Assembly (NCBI GenBank): GCA_951406725.2
Contig: OX597816.1
Span: forward strand, 127,286,001 to 127,350,000
Source of the DNA: Octopus vulgaris
Taxonomy: Eukaryota
Length of the DNA: 64,000 nt
Reading direction: 5' to 3'
Shown one piece after another: positions 24,577 to 39,063 of this stretch. A program made the translations under genes and the position numbers. The notes beneath the pieces are model-generated. The model was not told the origin of the DNA, did not search any database, and worked only from the letters and a program-made list of their open reading frames with translations. Position 1 is the stretch's first letter. Every line of letters begins with the position of its first letter.

Positions 24577-24988
24577 GGCGTAGGAGTGGCTGTGTAGTAA
24601 GTAGCTTGCTTACCAACCACATAGTTCCAGGTTCAGTTCTACTGTGTGGCACCTTGGGCAGGTGTCTTCTACTATAGCCTCAGGCTGACCAAAACCTTGT
24701 GAGTGGATTTGGTAGACGGAAACTGAAAGAAGCCCGTCGTATATATGTATGTATATGTGTGTGTGTGTGTTTGTGTGTCTGTGTTTGTCTCCCTCAATGT
24801 AGCTTGACAACCGATGCTGGTGTGTTTATGTCCCCATAACTTAGCGGTTCAGCAAAAGAGACTGATAGAATAAGTACTAGGCTTACAAAGAATAAGTTCT
24901 GGAGTCGATTTGCTCGGCTAAAGGCGGTGCTCCAGCATGGCCGCAGTCAAATGACTGAAACAAGTAAAAGTGTAAAGAGTAAAGAGTA
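24577..24988 (+). mobile_element. SINE family A, full length
   Basis: Highly similar to 19893-20283. Decayed ~18-bp TSD (AATATCATTATACAAAAT before, AATATTATCATACAATAT after). Confidence 0.92.
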
Positions 24989-25254
24989 ATATTATCATAC
25001 AATATTGTCACTGCCGTGTAGCCAGGACTATTTTTGTGAAAAAATAGTTTTCTCTTTGAAGCACAAGACCAATTTTGTATGAAGAGAGAAATCACTAGTT
25101 CCTTACTTATCCCACCCAGCAAATTTTTCACTAGTATTTTGAACACAAAACAGTATAAAGCATCATATTTTTTGAAGTGGAAGCTAGCCATTCTGCCTTT
25201 CTGTTTCTTTATCCCTAAAGCAATCATATTTGTTTATTATTTTCTTCTTATTTT

Positions 25255-25585
25255 TTATTTGGTGTGTTGTGTTGCATCCAGGATGAAAACTATACTGCTA
25301 TTTAGCTAGTTTAGCTAGCTTGACAATATCCCTTCATCTCTTTCCCATACAGCTGACACAAACTTTGCTGGGGAGAGCCAAGAAGGATCCTCTATGATTA
25401 AAGCACTCTCTTTTGTCTCCCTTTTGAAAACTAGATCATCACACTGGATTGCCATTGCTACGGTATCTTTTCAAAGGTTCAAACAACTTGGCATACACAA
25501 GTCAGCCAGAGAATGGCTTCCCTGTTTAAGGTTTTTAAAGCCTCAGGCTGGATTTCATTCTTCTCAGTGGCCTTGCTACATTTGA
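25255..25585 (-). mobile_element. Degraded RT fragment of a second RTE-like (Expander/Rex3-like) LINE
   Basis: KATEKNEIQPEALKTLNREAILWLTCVCQVV*..QWQSSVM..KGDKRECFNHRG..LPSKV..QYSFHPGCNTTHQI corresponds to RT motifs KA.G.DEI.PE.LK, W..GV....KKGD..C.NYRG and Q.GFRPGRSTTDQI. Confidence 0.8.
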
Positions 25586-25961
25586 ATCCCTTAGGAATAA
25601 ATCTAAAATAAAAATCAGCTAATCGAAACATTTTAGAAAATAATGACAATACCATTTGACCCAATTCTTCAGTTTCACTTTCCTTTGCAGAAGTAATACT
25701 GAGAAAAGAACTAGGTCATCTCCATAAAAGATTCTCTCGAATGTACAATATAAGATTGCTTTATAATAGCTTTAAGGCCTAAGATGGTCTTAAATTCTTA
25801 AGTGAGCATATTTTTTATCCTTATTCTAACTTAGCCTTTTTTTAGGTAATTTTAACACCTGTCAGCAAAATGATTAATGCTAATGGCTAATCCCAAACTG
25901 GCATAGTAATTTTTAATAATATTATTAAGAGATGCCCTAAATATTAAGTAATTTATTTTGA

Positions 25962-26345
<384 letters not shown>

Positions 26346-28959
26346 TATATATTTATATATGCATATAAGTATGTATGTGTTTCCTAGTTTTGACATGTGA
26401 TAGCTGTAAAATGACTGTTACAAGCAGTGCCATACATTTCCAATATTCCTTGAGAATATGTGTGCCCATGAGGAAATATTACCTTGTTTGGAAACAGGTG
26501 AAGGTTGGTGACAGGAAGGGCATCAAGCTGTAGAAAATCTGCCTCAATAAACTCTGAAAAAATGGATGTTAAAATGATATGTTGAGGATTCATTTAAATA
26601 TAAGTAATGTTTGTAATTTTGATTTTTATTTCAAACCTGTCTTAAAATATAAAAGTTGGGTTATAAAATATATAAATAATTTTAAGAACTTAAACAAAGC
26701 ACTACTTCCTGTATTTTTAAGCAGGTGTATAAACAATTGTTTATTGAACAAAACAATGATGATATACATGAAATCAAGCATAAGCAGTGAAGTTCTCATA
26801 TATTAAAATATGTTTGTGAAAATGTTTTGTTATATTAGACATATAACCCAGAAATAGAATGCATATTATAAGGCTTCAAAATAGGCATGAATCTAGTTGG
26901 ATATACACTCAGAATTTGTTTTTAAACATTTCATATGTTATAGCAAAGCTTAAATCATATTGTAAAAACTATGGAAAATAATATTAGTATGAAAGATTTA
27001 AGAAGTTATTTCTTCCAATCATACAAACTTCACCATATTGCTGTACATTTATCTGAGAAGAAATCATACCACAAATATAGAATAACACTTAAATCAATCA
27101 AGCAAATAATGCAACAGTTAATACATACCACAGTAAGATACTATAAAATTATTGATTGTAAATAAAAATCAAAGACTTTGTTTAAAGTATCTCTTACAGG
27201 ATACCAATTTTCTACATGACCATCTGTGTTTCTGAAATAAGAAAATTTGAAAGAAATGTTTATTTCTGAAAAAAGAAATTGCGTGACTATCAATATTGTA
27301 AAGAAAGGAGTATTCAGCAACCAATGATATTTTATAGAACATAGAAAGGTGAACATATGGCTCCTGGGAATTTTATGTTGCTAAGAAATGTATTGGAAGG
27401 AAAATGGCACATCATTCATATGCAAAAGTATATTGATTTTTTATTTCTGTGAAGGAAACTTCAGAGTTTGAACCATTCATAAGATTGTTGAAAGGTAGGG
27501 GCTTTTACACAATTGTATGTTCTATTTAAAATACATGGATACTGAATATAAATGAATATCTAAATCCATACCTTATTACAATTATTAATAACAAAAATAA
27601 ATAAAGGAAAATGTTTTTGTCATTTATATTACCAAATCAAAAGAAAGCTTCATAATATTATTACAAAAATGAATCTTTTACTTGACAATTATTAAATATA
27701 TTCAATGAATGAAAATAAACTAAAGGCTACAAGCACTCACATTTTATGTATAATGCATCCTCAAGGAAATTAAGGCAAAAAATTGATCTTTGAATTACAA
27801 ACATAAATGGCAGAGATTATAGAGATAAATTAACTTTGCTCATTAATAAAGGCTAACTATTTATCTTTTGTGTTATACCTTAAAACAGCTCATATCATAG
27901 AAACACCAATAACTAAGTCTGAAAGAGAGAGTAAGGGGAGAATAACATGCAACCAGCTATATACTAGACAGCTAGAAGTGGATACAGCATGGAAAGTGTG
28001 ATAAGTATTTTTGCTGCTAATTGTGACATATCTATGTGAAATGATCATAATAGTGTTATTGTTTTAGTTTTCTAGAAACAACCATGTTTTCTCCCATTGC
28101 TGTTGTGCTAATACTGACGATGGACTTATGATTATTAAGTATATCCAATTTTTAAGTATATCCAATATTTAAGTAGACATATGACAGATAACCAATAAAT
28201 TGTTTGTATATGCCATACTTCAGTTTGCTTTTGGATCACACTACATGTGCTTTGTCATTCTTATGTGAGGTGCAACATTAAACCACTAACAAATCATTGT
28301 TAACTTATTTCCTGTCATAAGCTCATAAACGTCTTATAGTACCATAACTGAGAACAGCATGATCTACTGAACTGCAATATAATACAGTAACTGCTTCATA
28401 TAAGATCAAAACCCTTGCAAGAAATAGCAAAAACTGTTCAGAGATCATAGCTATGTAACTTCTATTCATGAAGGTAATTTATCAGAGATGTCTATTGAGA
28501 GATCACAGAATTGTTCTGATCGTAGCAGTAAAATAGATTAATATTACAGACACATTTAGATTTTTATAATCAGACTTAGGAACACTGTCTTCTTTAGGAT
28601 TGTTATCCAATTGAACACTGTTGATGGAACTCTTCAATCTGTATAGACATTTGTTTGAGAAACAATGTAATTAAATTATTCTAATTAGTATGTTATTGCT
28701 GAATCTAATTTAGTATTGTACAATATTGATTGTTATAAATTATAATGAATATTTTATTATACTTTTAAATATTTGAAAAATCAGTAAAACACTTTAAAAA
28801 ACCTTGGACTGACAAATAACTTTTAAATAGTTCTCACTATAAGGCAATTCTCCAACATTAACGTTTATTTTTACATAATTTCTGATAGGTCTCAGTTTTT
28901 ATTGTGAATAAGATTTTTTACATAATCATACACTGAGAGTGTACTGGCAAGGTGACCTA

Positions 28960-29250
28960 TCCAATGAAGACACTGTAAAGAGAGCTGAGACAAGACCACT
29001 TAGCGAAATCATCATAAAATGAAGATTAATACCAGTAGGATACACACTCTGGCTACCAGGACATGCCATTCTAAACCCATTCTAAAACTGCCTCCAAATG
29101 GAGGGGAAAAGAAAGAAAACAGGACTATATGGCACAGAACATTCATAACTAACATACAAGAGACAAATGCAGAGAAAGCTACAATCAACGGAAATAAGTG
29201 GCATCACTTGGCTGACCAATGTGCTCAAGAACACAGGCAGAACTGAAAGT
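28960..29250 (+). mobile_element. Degraded RTE-like ORF2 C-terminus (another family)
   Basis: ORF 29019-29246 (LKLPPNGGEKK..TIWHRTF..NGNKWHHLADQCAQEHRQN*) resembles the W.P..G.R.RGRP..TW.RT....DR..WR.L...C C-terminus of RTE elements. Confidence 0.55.
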
Positions 29251-30644
29251 TAACTGTATATTATACATAAAATACACACACACACACATATAGTGTGTGT
29301 ATATATGTGTGTGTGTATGTATGAGTGTATGTGTATATATGTGTGTGTGTATGTGTTTGTGTGCATGTATATGTGTAATAGGCATATACATGATATGTGT
29401 TTGAGTATATATGTGGACAGATAGATAGATATGTAAATCATATTGGGTCTCTTATTTTCTTTATTGGTTTTGTATAAATGCACAAATAACTGTTTGAAAA
29501 TATTAGCCCACAGGTACACACAAACACACAAATATATTTCATTTAAATTATCTTTCACATGCACAAATACACACAAGCATACATACATATATATTTATAT
29601 ATTTACAAATATACACACACACATATATATATATATTTATATTTATATTTATATTTATATATATATATACACATACACACATACATATATACATCTATAC
29701 AGCTGTTCAATGCAGTTATGTTGAAAAAATTACTATCACATTATATCAAAAATTAATGTTTAATGGTTAATATTCTTATAATTTAATTGTTTCATTCTGC
29801 AATAAAATCCTTTAGAGTTAGGTAGGGAAAGTGGTAAGTAGGAATTTATTTTTGATTAAAAATAAATACTAGATAAAGAAAATATGATAGAATATGTAAA
29901 TGTTCTTGATTAACCTTTAATAAGCTGAATACAATTATTATTTAAGGATAAAAATGACTTTACAGATAATAGTTACTGATTAGACTATTTAGCAATAAAT
30001 TACAGCTTAAAAAATGCTGGCATGATAGCCATTTTTTATTCATTTTTAATCACTTCCCTTTTCAGTAGCATCTAATAGTTATGAAAAGAATGGATGCATA
30101 TATGAACATTGTATGGTAGATGACTTCAAGTGAATCATTTGGAAATCAGTCCAACTTCTGAACATTCTTTATGTCACTGAGCACACATCATATATTGGGA
30201 AGACTGAAAATATAAAATCACAAAAGCTAACATTTATGAGATATGATTTTCGCTTATGCCTAGTGTTCTTTCTTTTGCTTCCATATAGCAGTTCTCCAAG
30301 GTCCTCATTTATATTCAATATCTTTTTGCCACTCATAAAAAGTAAACTGAATCTCCTTGATGTAATTTGGCCTATATTAAAACTTTGAAATCACTGTAGA
30401 TATTGTTTCCTATTATGTCTTATAAGAAGTTCTTGAAAAACACAAGCATCATAAAATAAATTTACTAAGTTAATGTAACAGGAAATTTTTCAAAATTTAT
30501 TGACAAAACATGTATGTCTAAAATACAGTCTCGTTGTGGAAGAAGGTTGGGAGATTAAATACAAACAATACAATATCAATATAGAACATGTTTCATACTC
30601 ACACATTGTGTGTGTTTGTGTGCGTGTGTGTGTTTGTGTGTGTA

Positions 30645-31020
30645 CAAGATGAATTTCCCAGACGAGCTCGGGCACATCAAGTGTTTTGGAGTTTCCAACA
30701 TCAGATGCCCTCTTCAAATAGATCTAGCAGCAACAGTCCATGGATTAGTCCTCTAAATACAAAACCATCTGATGTTTCTTTTTCTTCTCCTGTAACTTCA
30801 TACACAGACTTAATGGCCCTCTTCTTTGCTACCCTGGCTAAACCCAAATTATTGAATCATTTGCAGAATGAGCATTCATACAAATCTTCAACACCCAGCT
30901 TCTGTAAGCAAAGAATATTTTCTCCAGCTTCTGTTCTGATTTTTTTCACTAATTCCTAGTACTACACACATCTTCTCTCATTGGCTTTGTTAACACACTC
31001 TAAGATCGGACATTTATGTA
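30645..31020 (-). mobile_element. 3' fragment of a restriction-like-endonuclease (R2-superfamily, HERO-like) non-LTR retrotransposon
   Basis: With two frameshifts it reads ECVNKANERRCV*Y*ELV / KNQNRSWRKYSLLTEAGC*RFV / SFCK*FNNLGLARVAKKRAIKSVYEV. This matches the pattern I recall for HERO C-termini (E.A.ERK..KY.ELV..C...GW....PIEVGCRGF...SL......LG....K.RAI). Confidence 0.75.
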
Positions 31021-31024
31021 CCCA

Positions 31025-31620
31025 CTCCTAAGCTATACCAGATTTGATATAGAATAGACTAGAAAGCACCTTGCTACCACATGATGTACTAGGGTAGTCT
31101 AAAAGAAAAATTTTGATCCCAAGACATGAGAATTGGATGCTCTTTGATGTTTCTCATGTTAGGCACAGCCAAAGGTTCTGCTGGTATCAATACTGATTTT
31201 TCCAAAATTCTGAAGTATGAGAGATCATATGTTAGAATTTCTTGTAGATTTTCAAAAATTGTATTAATGAATAGTGATGGGAATGAGGCAGAGGAAAAGT
31301 GAGATCATTTATTGAAGAAGTTGACTGTTTATGGCACCTTTATCAGCTATGAAATGTTTGATGACAAAAGATTAGGTCAATAGTTAGCAGAGTTAGCATG
31401 CTTGCCTTCAAGCAGGTTCACATAAATTGGGATAAATTTTTGTGTTGCAAGAAATATTGAAAAGTTTAGTAAGGTAAAGAAATAGCTTTGGAGTTTTTAT
31501 TTGAATGTAATGGAAAGGAAATCACTAGGTGGTATTGCTTTATTGAGTTGATAAAAAAATAAAAGTAGAAGTGTGTGCATGATAGTGAGAAAGAAGAATT
31601 TGGGAAATGTTTTTACTATC
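31025..31620 (-). mobile_element. Degraded CR1-like RT fragment
   Basis: ANY*P (NYRP), SIDTSRTFGCA*HE (LDISKAFD.VWHE) and VLSSLFYIKSGIA*E (INSGVPQG) occur in order on the minus strand. Confidence 0.65.
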
Positions 31621-34600
31621 AAACATAAATTTATTTTTTATGAGATGTGCTATTACATCATTATTAAGTACTTGTAAATAATGATAGTATTTCCTTAGAC
31701 TTTCACAAGGTCACACATTTAGGTGGTTTATATACTCAAGGGAAATGACGTTAATACATGCCTAGTGTTTATTTTATTGATTCTGACTGATGAAAGACAA
31801 AGCTGACCCTTATTCAAAGTACAAAAGAACAAAACTAAGTATTCTGACAACATCCAGTCTGGTACTCCACCATTCTTCAATACAGCTAAAATTTTAAAGG
31901 TTAATAATGCCAACAAAGATACACTATAACAAATGTAGTTCTTGACCTAAAATGTTTAATTTATTTCATTATTAGAATAAACTAAAGTCTTTTTATTATC
32001 ATTATATTTCTGATAGATGTTAGCGTTTACTCTACATTAAGAAATATACTGACAAGTGCAGTTAATCAGAGAAAGTTATTGATAAATATATTATGCTATA
32101 TTTTCTAAAAACAAAATAAATATAGGACAGTTCTGGATATATTTTAATGAATTGCTATTCACTTTTCTGTTTACTGTTCCTCAAAAGCTGATCATGAATA
32201 TAAATCAAATTTCATGAAAGAGAAAAATCTTTCTCTTACACAGAAAAATCTTCCGTAAAACAAAGCAGACATCTTTGTATGAAATTCATTTCTGCCTTGT
32301 TATATAGAAGTGACCACTGATGCTTTATAAATGTCTTTTATACAGTCTCAACAGTAAGAACTATTTACATTATGTCATTGTTCTTTGTTAAAGGTTTCAC
32401 TTGGAAGTTGTAAAACCACAATTGATGTATAAAATACCTAGATATTATTCTTTGAACGTATTGTTCCAAAGTTCATTATGTTCTCCAATACACATAGACA
32501 CTTTGGTTTAAAATGATCATACTAAATATCAAGAGTCTATTCAATTTTCGAAATACTATTATTGAAAATATCAAATTTTACAAAAGAAAATGAATATACC
32601 ATTATGTCATTGTTTCAGAATATGAATCATTTCAACAAAATATAATATTTCTTTTGGGAAACAACTTCTTTTGCTTCCATATAGACACAATTGCTGCTGT
32701 GTGTTAGAGATATAGGAAAATGGTTGAAAATTTAAATTGAAATTTATCTAGGACATTTTCCTGATTAATAATCTTTACAACTTCTCATAAATAATAGCAA
32801 AGACATTTTCAAAAGGTAGTAACAGCTGCTGAAACATATCTGGACAAACAGTTTTCATATTAAATTCCTTCAAATACACAAGTAAATTTGCATCCAAAGC
32901 TAATAACTAAAAGAACATATATGTTCATGCATACACATAATCTTGCATAAACCATGGTGTTCCAGTTGAAACACAAATCTAAATGCAACAAAAGAAAAGT
33001 CATGAAAGTATTAAATTATTTATATATGAAACTTATTTTGAACCACATAGTTATGATCATAGAAGCATACCAATATATACTCACAAAATCCTTTATTCTG
33101 TTAGTGAGTTTACAAAATACAAGATGTAATTAGAATACATTAACTTTAAAGGCTGAAATGATTTTTAAACAAAAACATTAGTTTAATAGAAAACAATTAT
33201 TGTTCATTTTATATCCAATATTAATGAAATATGTCCCCTGTTGTAGATTCAAAATTATTTCATATATGTGTATCTCTAATGCATCTCATTTCTAAGAAGA
33301 ATGATCTTTATGGCCTGCCATACTATTTTTAATCATTTTACATCTCTCTCTCTCTCTCACTCTCTCTCTCTCTCTCTTTCTATCTCTCTTTCTTTCTCTC
33401 TCTCCTTCCTTCCCCATTTCTCCCTCTCTCTCCCTCACTCTGTTTTTCTTACTCTGTCAGTATGGTTTCCTTGGGTGCTGAAGATTTTACTCTACAAGCT
33501 CATATACAGGTGGTCTCATGCTATAGAACTTTGGTAAAGTCATATAATGTTTCTGATGCTACACTTGTGGCATAAAAACTTCTTAACCAACCCTCATATA
33601 ATCTCCAACTGAATTGTATCTCTTGTGACTCTTGTCAGACCACTCTTGTGCAACATCAACTAATGGGCACTTTCTAGTACCATCTCTATCATTCTTTACA
33701 ATAATGACACAATTTTAAGTTGGAATTATCTAATAAAATATTATATTTTCCACAAAGCCATTTTTGCTGATCACTCTTTAAAGAAGTTTAAATATGTAGA
33801 TATTATTGACAATTTACTTTTCATCTTTTGATGTTTATATTATTATTTATAGAAATACCAAACAAGTCTTATCTTTTAAACACACACACACACACAGCAA
33901 GAATACGATGGTTTACTCATTACAATAGGAAAGTGTTAATGAGCAGTCTTCAGAAAGTACTCATTTAAAATAACCAATTATTGTACTACAGTTGCTTAGT
34001 AGATGTAAATATTGTATGTCTATGAATGGAGTTTCCAAATGAAATTAAATTTAGAACAACTTCAGCAAACAATATATTGCATATCTTGTAATTTACTTGC
34101 TTGAGATCATTTTCAAAAATATGATTGTTAAACTAAGATTAAATGAAGTAGAAGTATCTATAAATATGTTTCATAGAAGAATTGCATTTTCCTCTCAGTA
34201 TGCTTGAAATGAATGAAGAACAACACATTGTATAGAACCTCAAGTTCTATAGATTGGTTCACTCACAAGAATTTTATTGAATCAGAAGAAAATAAATTCA
34301 TTAATCTAATAAATCAACACTTATGAAGTTAAAAGTAAAATCCATAATTGATTTTTCTTGTATAAATTTCAATTTAATCAAATTCAAATTATATTTTTAA
34401 AACTCATCCTTTATTATTGAGTTTATATTGGGAAAATTACTAGTTTCTTACCTTAATATCAGTTTTACTCTTTAGTTATCAAGCTCTGTGGTTCCCTTTG
34501 TATGAGGTATTGTGTGTGATAGATTCTTTATCACATGCAATATATCTATGAAAGTCAGAAAGCCTCTCCTAGTTTTCAAAGAAAAAAATGCTTTTAGTTC

Positions 34601-35084
34601 ATAATCATGATCAAACAAGTATTCTATCTTTCCCTTTCTTGATTCAGAAAGAAAATTTACAATGATATCAGGATTTTTGAAAAGTAGTGGAGTAATGCAA
34701 GCAATTTGCGAAATAAGTAAATTGCATTCTCACTTATACGATTACTACTATAAATATAATTGCTATGTACAACTATACCAGTAAGCCTATTCTTTACTAA
34801 TTTCAGAGATTACTTGCTTTGTATGACATGTCTAATTATTCTTGATGGAAATCTAAAACACAATTATCATAAGAAATATATGACTGACTTCAGAAAGTGA
34901 CTGTATATTTAAATAATTCGAACTTGATTTTTTTTTTTGAGAAATAATTATGACATACTTTCTTTTATTAAGTGTTTTTCAAATTTGTACATAATCTTTA
35001 AACAGATTAGGTCATGTAATCAAGAACAGATCCAGTATTACTTCATAAATCTAGAAAAATAGTTTTCAGTAATCAAATTTCATA

Positions 35085-35400
35085 TCATGGTAGCAGTGCT
35101 TCTGACCTCCAGTTCAGTAATGTAGAAGGTTGTTTCACGTTTGAGAAATGCTTGGTTAGACAAAGCTTACAATTTTGTGACCTATAACATAATAGATGGC
35201 CCTATCTACAGTGTTCCATGCCATTAGAGAGTATGCACGTTCTTGTACCATATGTTTCCAGATGAATTGTGACAAAGACGTTGAATTTTTCTCATTTTCC
35301 TTGACCCAAATGCATGGGGAATTCAAATTAAATTTGTTTTGAAAATTTTCTACATTGAACCTATACAATTCCTTTCAATGTTATCTAGAAGTGTATCAGT
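35085..35400 (-). mobile_element. Penelope-like element GIY-YIG endonuclease C-terminal remnant
   Basis: CIGSM*KIFK (YIG..FK), NSTSLSQFIWK, WNTVDRA, CKLCLT and LLNWRSE occur in order. Confidence 0.7.
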
Positions 35401-35564
35401 TGTTCAGTAAATGACATTTTTAGAGAAGTTGAAGAACCTGAATGGAAGGATGAGCTTCAAATGTTTCAAGGCTGGTGGTATGTAGTCTGTGAGAGTGTGT
35501 GTATGTTAAAAGGATCCATATAAATTATGAAAAGCTATGAGAACAAATTGTTAATTGTATTGAA

Positions 35565-35962
35565 ATCATCATCATCATCGATTAACGTCCACTTTCCATG
35601 CTAGCATGGGTTGGACGATTTAACTGAGGTCTGGCGAACCAGATGGTTGCACCAGACTCCAATCTGATCTGGCAGAGTTTATACAGCTGGATGCCCTTAC
35701 TAACACCAGCCACTCTGAGAGTGTAGTGGGTGCTTTTACATGCCACTGGCATGAGGGCCGCTTTGGTGGTACTGGCAATGGCCACGCTTAAATGATGCTT
35801 TTTATGTGCCACCTGCACAGGAGCCAGTCCAGCGGCACTGGCAACAACCTCGCTCGAATGTTTTTTTTCACGTGCCACTAGCACAAGTGCTAGTAAAGCG
35901 ATGCAGGTTACAATCATGCTTGAATGTGATGTTTTTAATGTGCCATCAGCACGGAGGCCAGC
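35565..35962 (-). mobile_element. RTE 3' UTR fragment with about 3 repeat units and an (ATC)n tail on the plus strand
   Basis: Homologous to the reverse complement of about 18150-18544. Confidence 0.9.
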
Positions 35963-36154
35963 TTGGAAAAGGAAAAAAATTAAAAACCAAAATGCTTCTT
36001 AAGAAAGTTAAAATACATATGCAAAGGCTTGGAAAATTATTAGAAGTTGTTGTACAGGAGTAAAATAAATGAAAAGTTGGAAAGAAAGTTAGTTCAGCTA
36101 TTTTTGAGTATTATTTATTTTGTTGTCATTATAGCTATTGTTTAGCCCTATGTC

Positions 36155-36417
36155 GTGGAGGCATGTGGCTTAGTGGTTAGGGTGTCAGCATCATGATTGT
36201 ATGATTGTGGTTTCGATTCCTGGACCAGGCGACGCGTTGTGTTCTTGAGCAAAACACTTCATTTCACGTTGCTCCAGTCCACTCAGCTGGCAAAAATGAG
36301 TAATGCTGCAATGGACTGGCGTCCTGTCCAGATGGGGAACACATACACCATTGAAACCAGGTAACTGGCCCCACGAGCCTGGCTAGGCTTTGAAAGGGTG
36401 CATTTATTTTTTTGTAG
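36155..36417 (+). mobile_element. SINE family B, body type 3 (V-domain-like), full length
   Basis: A box TGGCTTAGTGG, B box GTTTCGATTCC, shared CORE-like block, then GCAATGGACTGGCGTCCTGTCCAG. Perfect 12-bp TSD TAGCCCTATGTC at 36143-36154 and 36418-36429. Confidence 0.9.
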
Positions 36418-37270
36418 TAGCCCTATGTCAGCCCTGGAAGAGAAAACTTATTTTGATCAAATACACTCCAGTCATGAACTTTCCAAGACATTATGATATG
36501 TTGCTCAGGGCTATTTCAGGTAGATCAAGCAATGCCAGATAGACTTCTTCCTTGTTCCAAAACATTAATTATTTATAGATCTTGTCATTTCACTTTTAAA
36601 AATACCTTTTATGTCATAGATTTTTATCAATTTGAAATTAAAAGTATTTATTTTAATTAAATGTAGATCTGTTTTTAATATTTAAACCCTGTATTCAATA
36701 AATTTTATTCTTACTGAGCAAGAAGAAAAATGTTAAACAAATACTTTTAAATTTAAAATACCCTAGAATAATTTCAATATGTATGAAGCAACAGAACATA
36801 ATTCATATTTTACACAATGATTTGCATTCAGAATTCATGCTACAAATTTGTTATGCAAAACTATTAAAAACCAAATATCAAAACAATTGTAAAGGATTAG
36901 TGATTAAATATGATTGCAAAAAATTAACATTATAAAACACAATACGAAATTGTGTGTATGTAATGTGTGTGTATGTGTCATACAAAGAAACAGAACTCAA
37001 TACATGAATTAGAGTTTATATACACCTTAGCACATAATTTTACTTACAGTTGTCTTGCTAGAAATATGGTATCACTGGTGTCTTATCTTGGGACAAAACT
37101 GAACTGCATCTCATCAAGGCAAATTCTGTCACTAATCAGTTTTACAGTAATCCTTTCTGTAACTTTCGTAACCTGGTCTAATAGTTTGATGCCATTGCAG
37201 TATCCTCTGTTTAGAGTATCACTTTTGCCTTTTTACCCTTTAAAAGTGTTTATGATGTTGCTGCAGTGCC

Positions 37271-37354
<84 letters not shown>

Positions 37355-38364
37355 CTCTGTAGTTTTACTAAGAAGCAATAAATTACATGGCTATATGACT
37401 CTATACTTAAATAATGTGGATTATTCTTAAATGCATTATAACTGAAAGGCTCTAAATTGCCAGCACTCTTAGTTTCTGGTTTCTGCTCTTTTAGCTACTA
37501 ATTTGTGTGTTTTCTCTTAAATAATCTGATGTTTCAATATATTTTTAAATATTATTTGAAAGCCTTTGAGAAAATAATTACTGTTATATTTTATTAAAAT
37601 CATTCAATAAGACCTTGTAAAAACGGCTGTTTAAGCCTATGTTTTCCATTTTGCTTCTGACTCCCATAGAAATACTCCAAACCTTTACATTTTTTTTCTT
37701 CACTTAACAGTGCATTTGGAATTTAAACTTAATGTAAGAGAAGTTACTCATAAAACTCTTCTTGTAAGAAGGCTCCTTTTTATTTAAGTGAATTTTTAGC
37801 AATTTTTTTTAAAATGCTTCAGAACCAATGTTTTTTCTCTGAACCAAATGGAAAATAAGGAATATAGTACTTAGACAAAAGGTACTTAGCTCCATAGAAA
37901 CAAAGTGCCAAAATATCTGTTCTTTTGTTCAAAACATCACTCCTCTGACACAAAATTCGTAATTTTTCCCTTGAAAATCATACATTTGTTATTTGAAGCT
38001 GCCATACTTGTAAGGTTGTGTCTTATTTATAATCGACTAAGTAATTTAGAATTCATGAGAACTGGTCTCACGAAAGAGCCATATAAATTTCCACAAAGCT
38101 ATAGTGCATTTTTATCAAGACTGACAAATAGATGTTTGTGCTTATAAAATCGATATTTTAATGTTATTTCAGTATGTAGTTTAGGTTCATCTCCATTGTT
38201 GGTTTTACTTTAGCACTGTATACTGTAGACTTTGCCAAAGACTTTGTCTATCTAGTGGGCAGTTTTTATGAATTTTGAGGTTGCACACTTGGTTAAATGT
38301 TTGTATTTATGTGTATGTGTATACATGCTTATAATTATATGAGGGAGAGGTTTATATATATCGT

Positions 38365-38822
38365 TTATTTACTTTTTCAGTCATTTGAGTGTGGCCATGC
38401 TGGGGCATTGCCTTGAAGGATTTTTGTTGAACAAGTTAACCCCATTACTTGTTTTTTTAAGCCTGATACTTTTTCTATCAGTCTCTTTTGCTGAACTTCT
38501 AAGTTAGATGAAAACAAACACAACAGCACTGGTTGTCAACTGGTGGTGGGGGACAAACACAGACATAAATACTCACACACACATATATATATATACATAC
38601 ATGTGTGTGTGTGTATATCTATATATATATATATATATATATATAGCCCAAGGCTATAGTAGAAGACACTTGCCCAAAGTGCCATGCATGTGTGTATGTG
38701 TATGTGTATATATATAGCCCGAGGCTATAGCAGAAGACACTTGCCCAAAGTGCCATGCAGTGGGACTGAACCTGGAACTGTGTGGTTTTGAAGCCAACTT
38801 CTTACCACACAGCCATGTCTGC
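38365..38822 (-). mobile_element. SINE family A with an internal duplication and deletion
   Basis: Family A head and tail. A 45-bp segment is present twice (38644-38688 and 38715-38759). Confidence 0.85.
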
Positions 38823-39031
38823 AATAAGATTAAAATCTGCATATCATTTATAACATATTTGCATACTCACTAACAAAAATGGTGTTTGCTATGGAAGAAC
38901 AACTTTGTGTATAAAAAGCACAAATGACATCAAGGATAGCAGGGCTATTTATTTTAATTAAAATAAGGAAGGAAATAAAAATGCATGTACACACACACGT
39001 GCATGCACACACACACACAGACATGTGCGCG

Positions 39032-39063
<32 letters not shown>

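Noticed and set aside
25352-25585. Acceptor-like TTTCCCATACAG followed by an open frame
   Set aside because: The opposite strand is a recognisable RT remnant, and no donor or protein similarity is evident.
30588-30959. 123-aa Ser-rich plus-strand ORF as a host exon
   Set aside because: Begins in a TG microsatellite and is the antisense of the HERO-like fragment.
36155-36230. tRNA gene
   Set aside because: A and B boxes are present, but the sequence continues into a SINE body with a TSD and gives no convincing cloverleaf.
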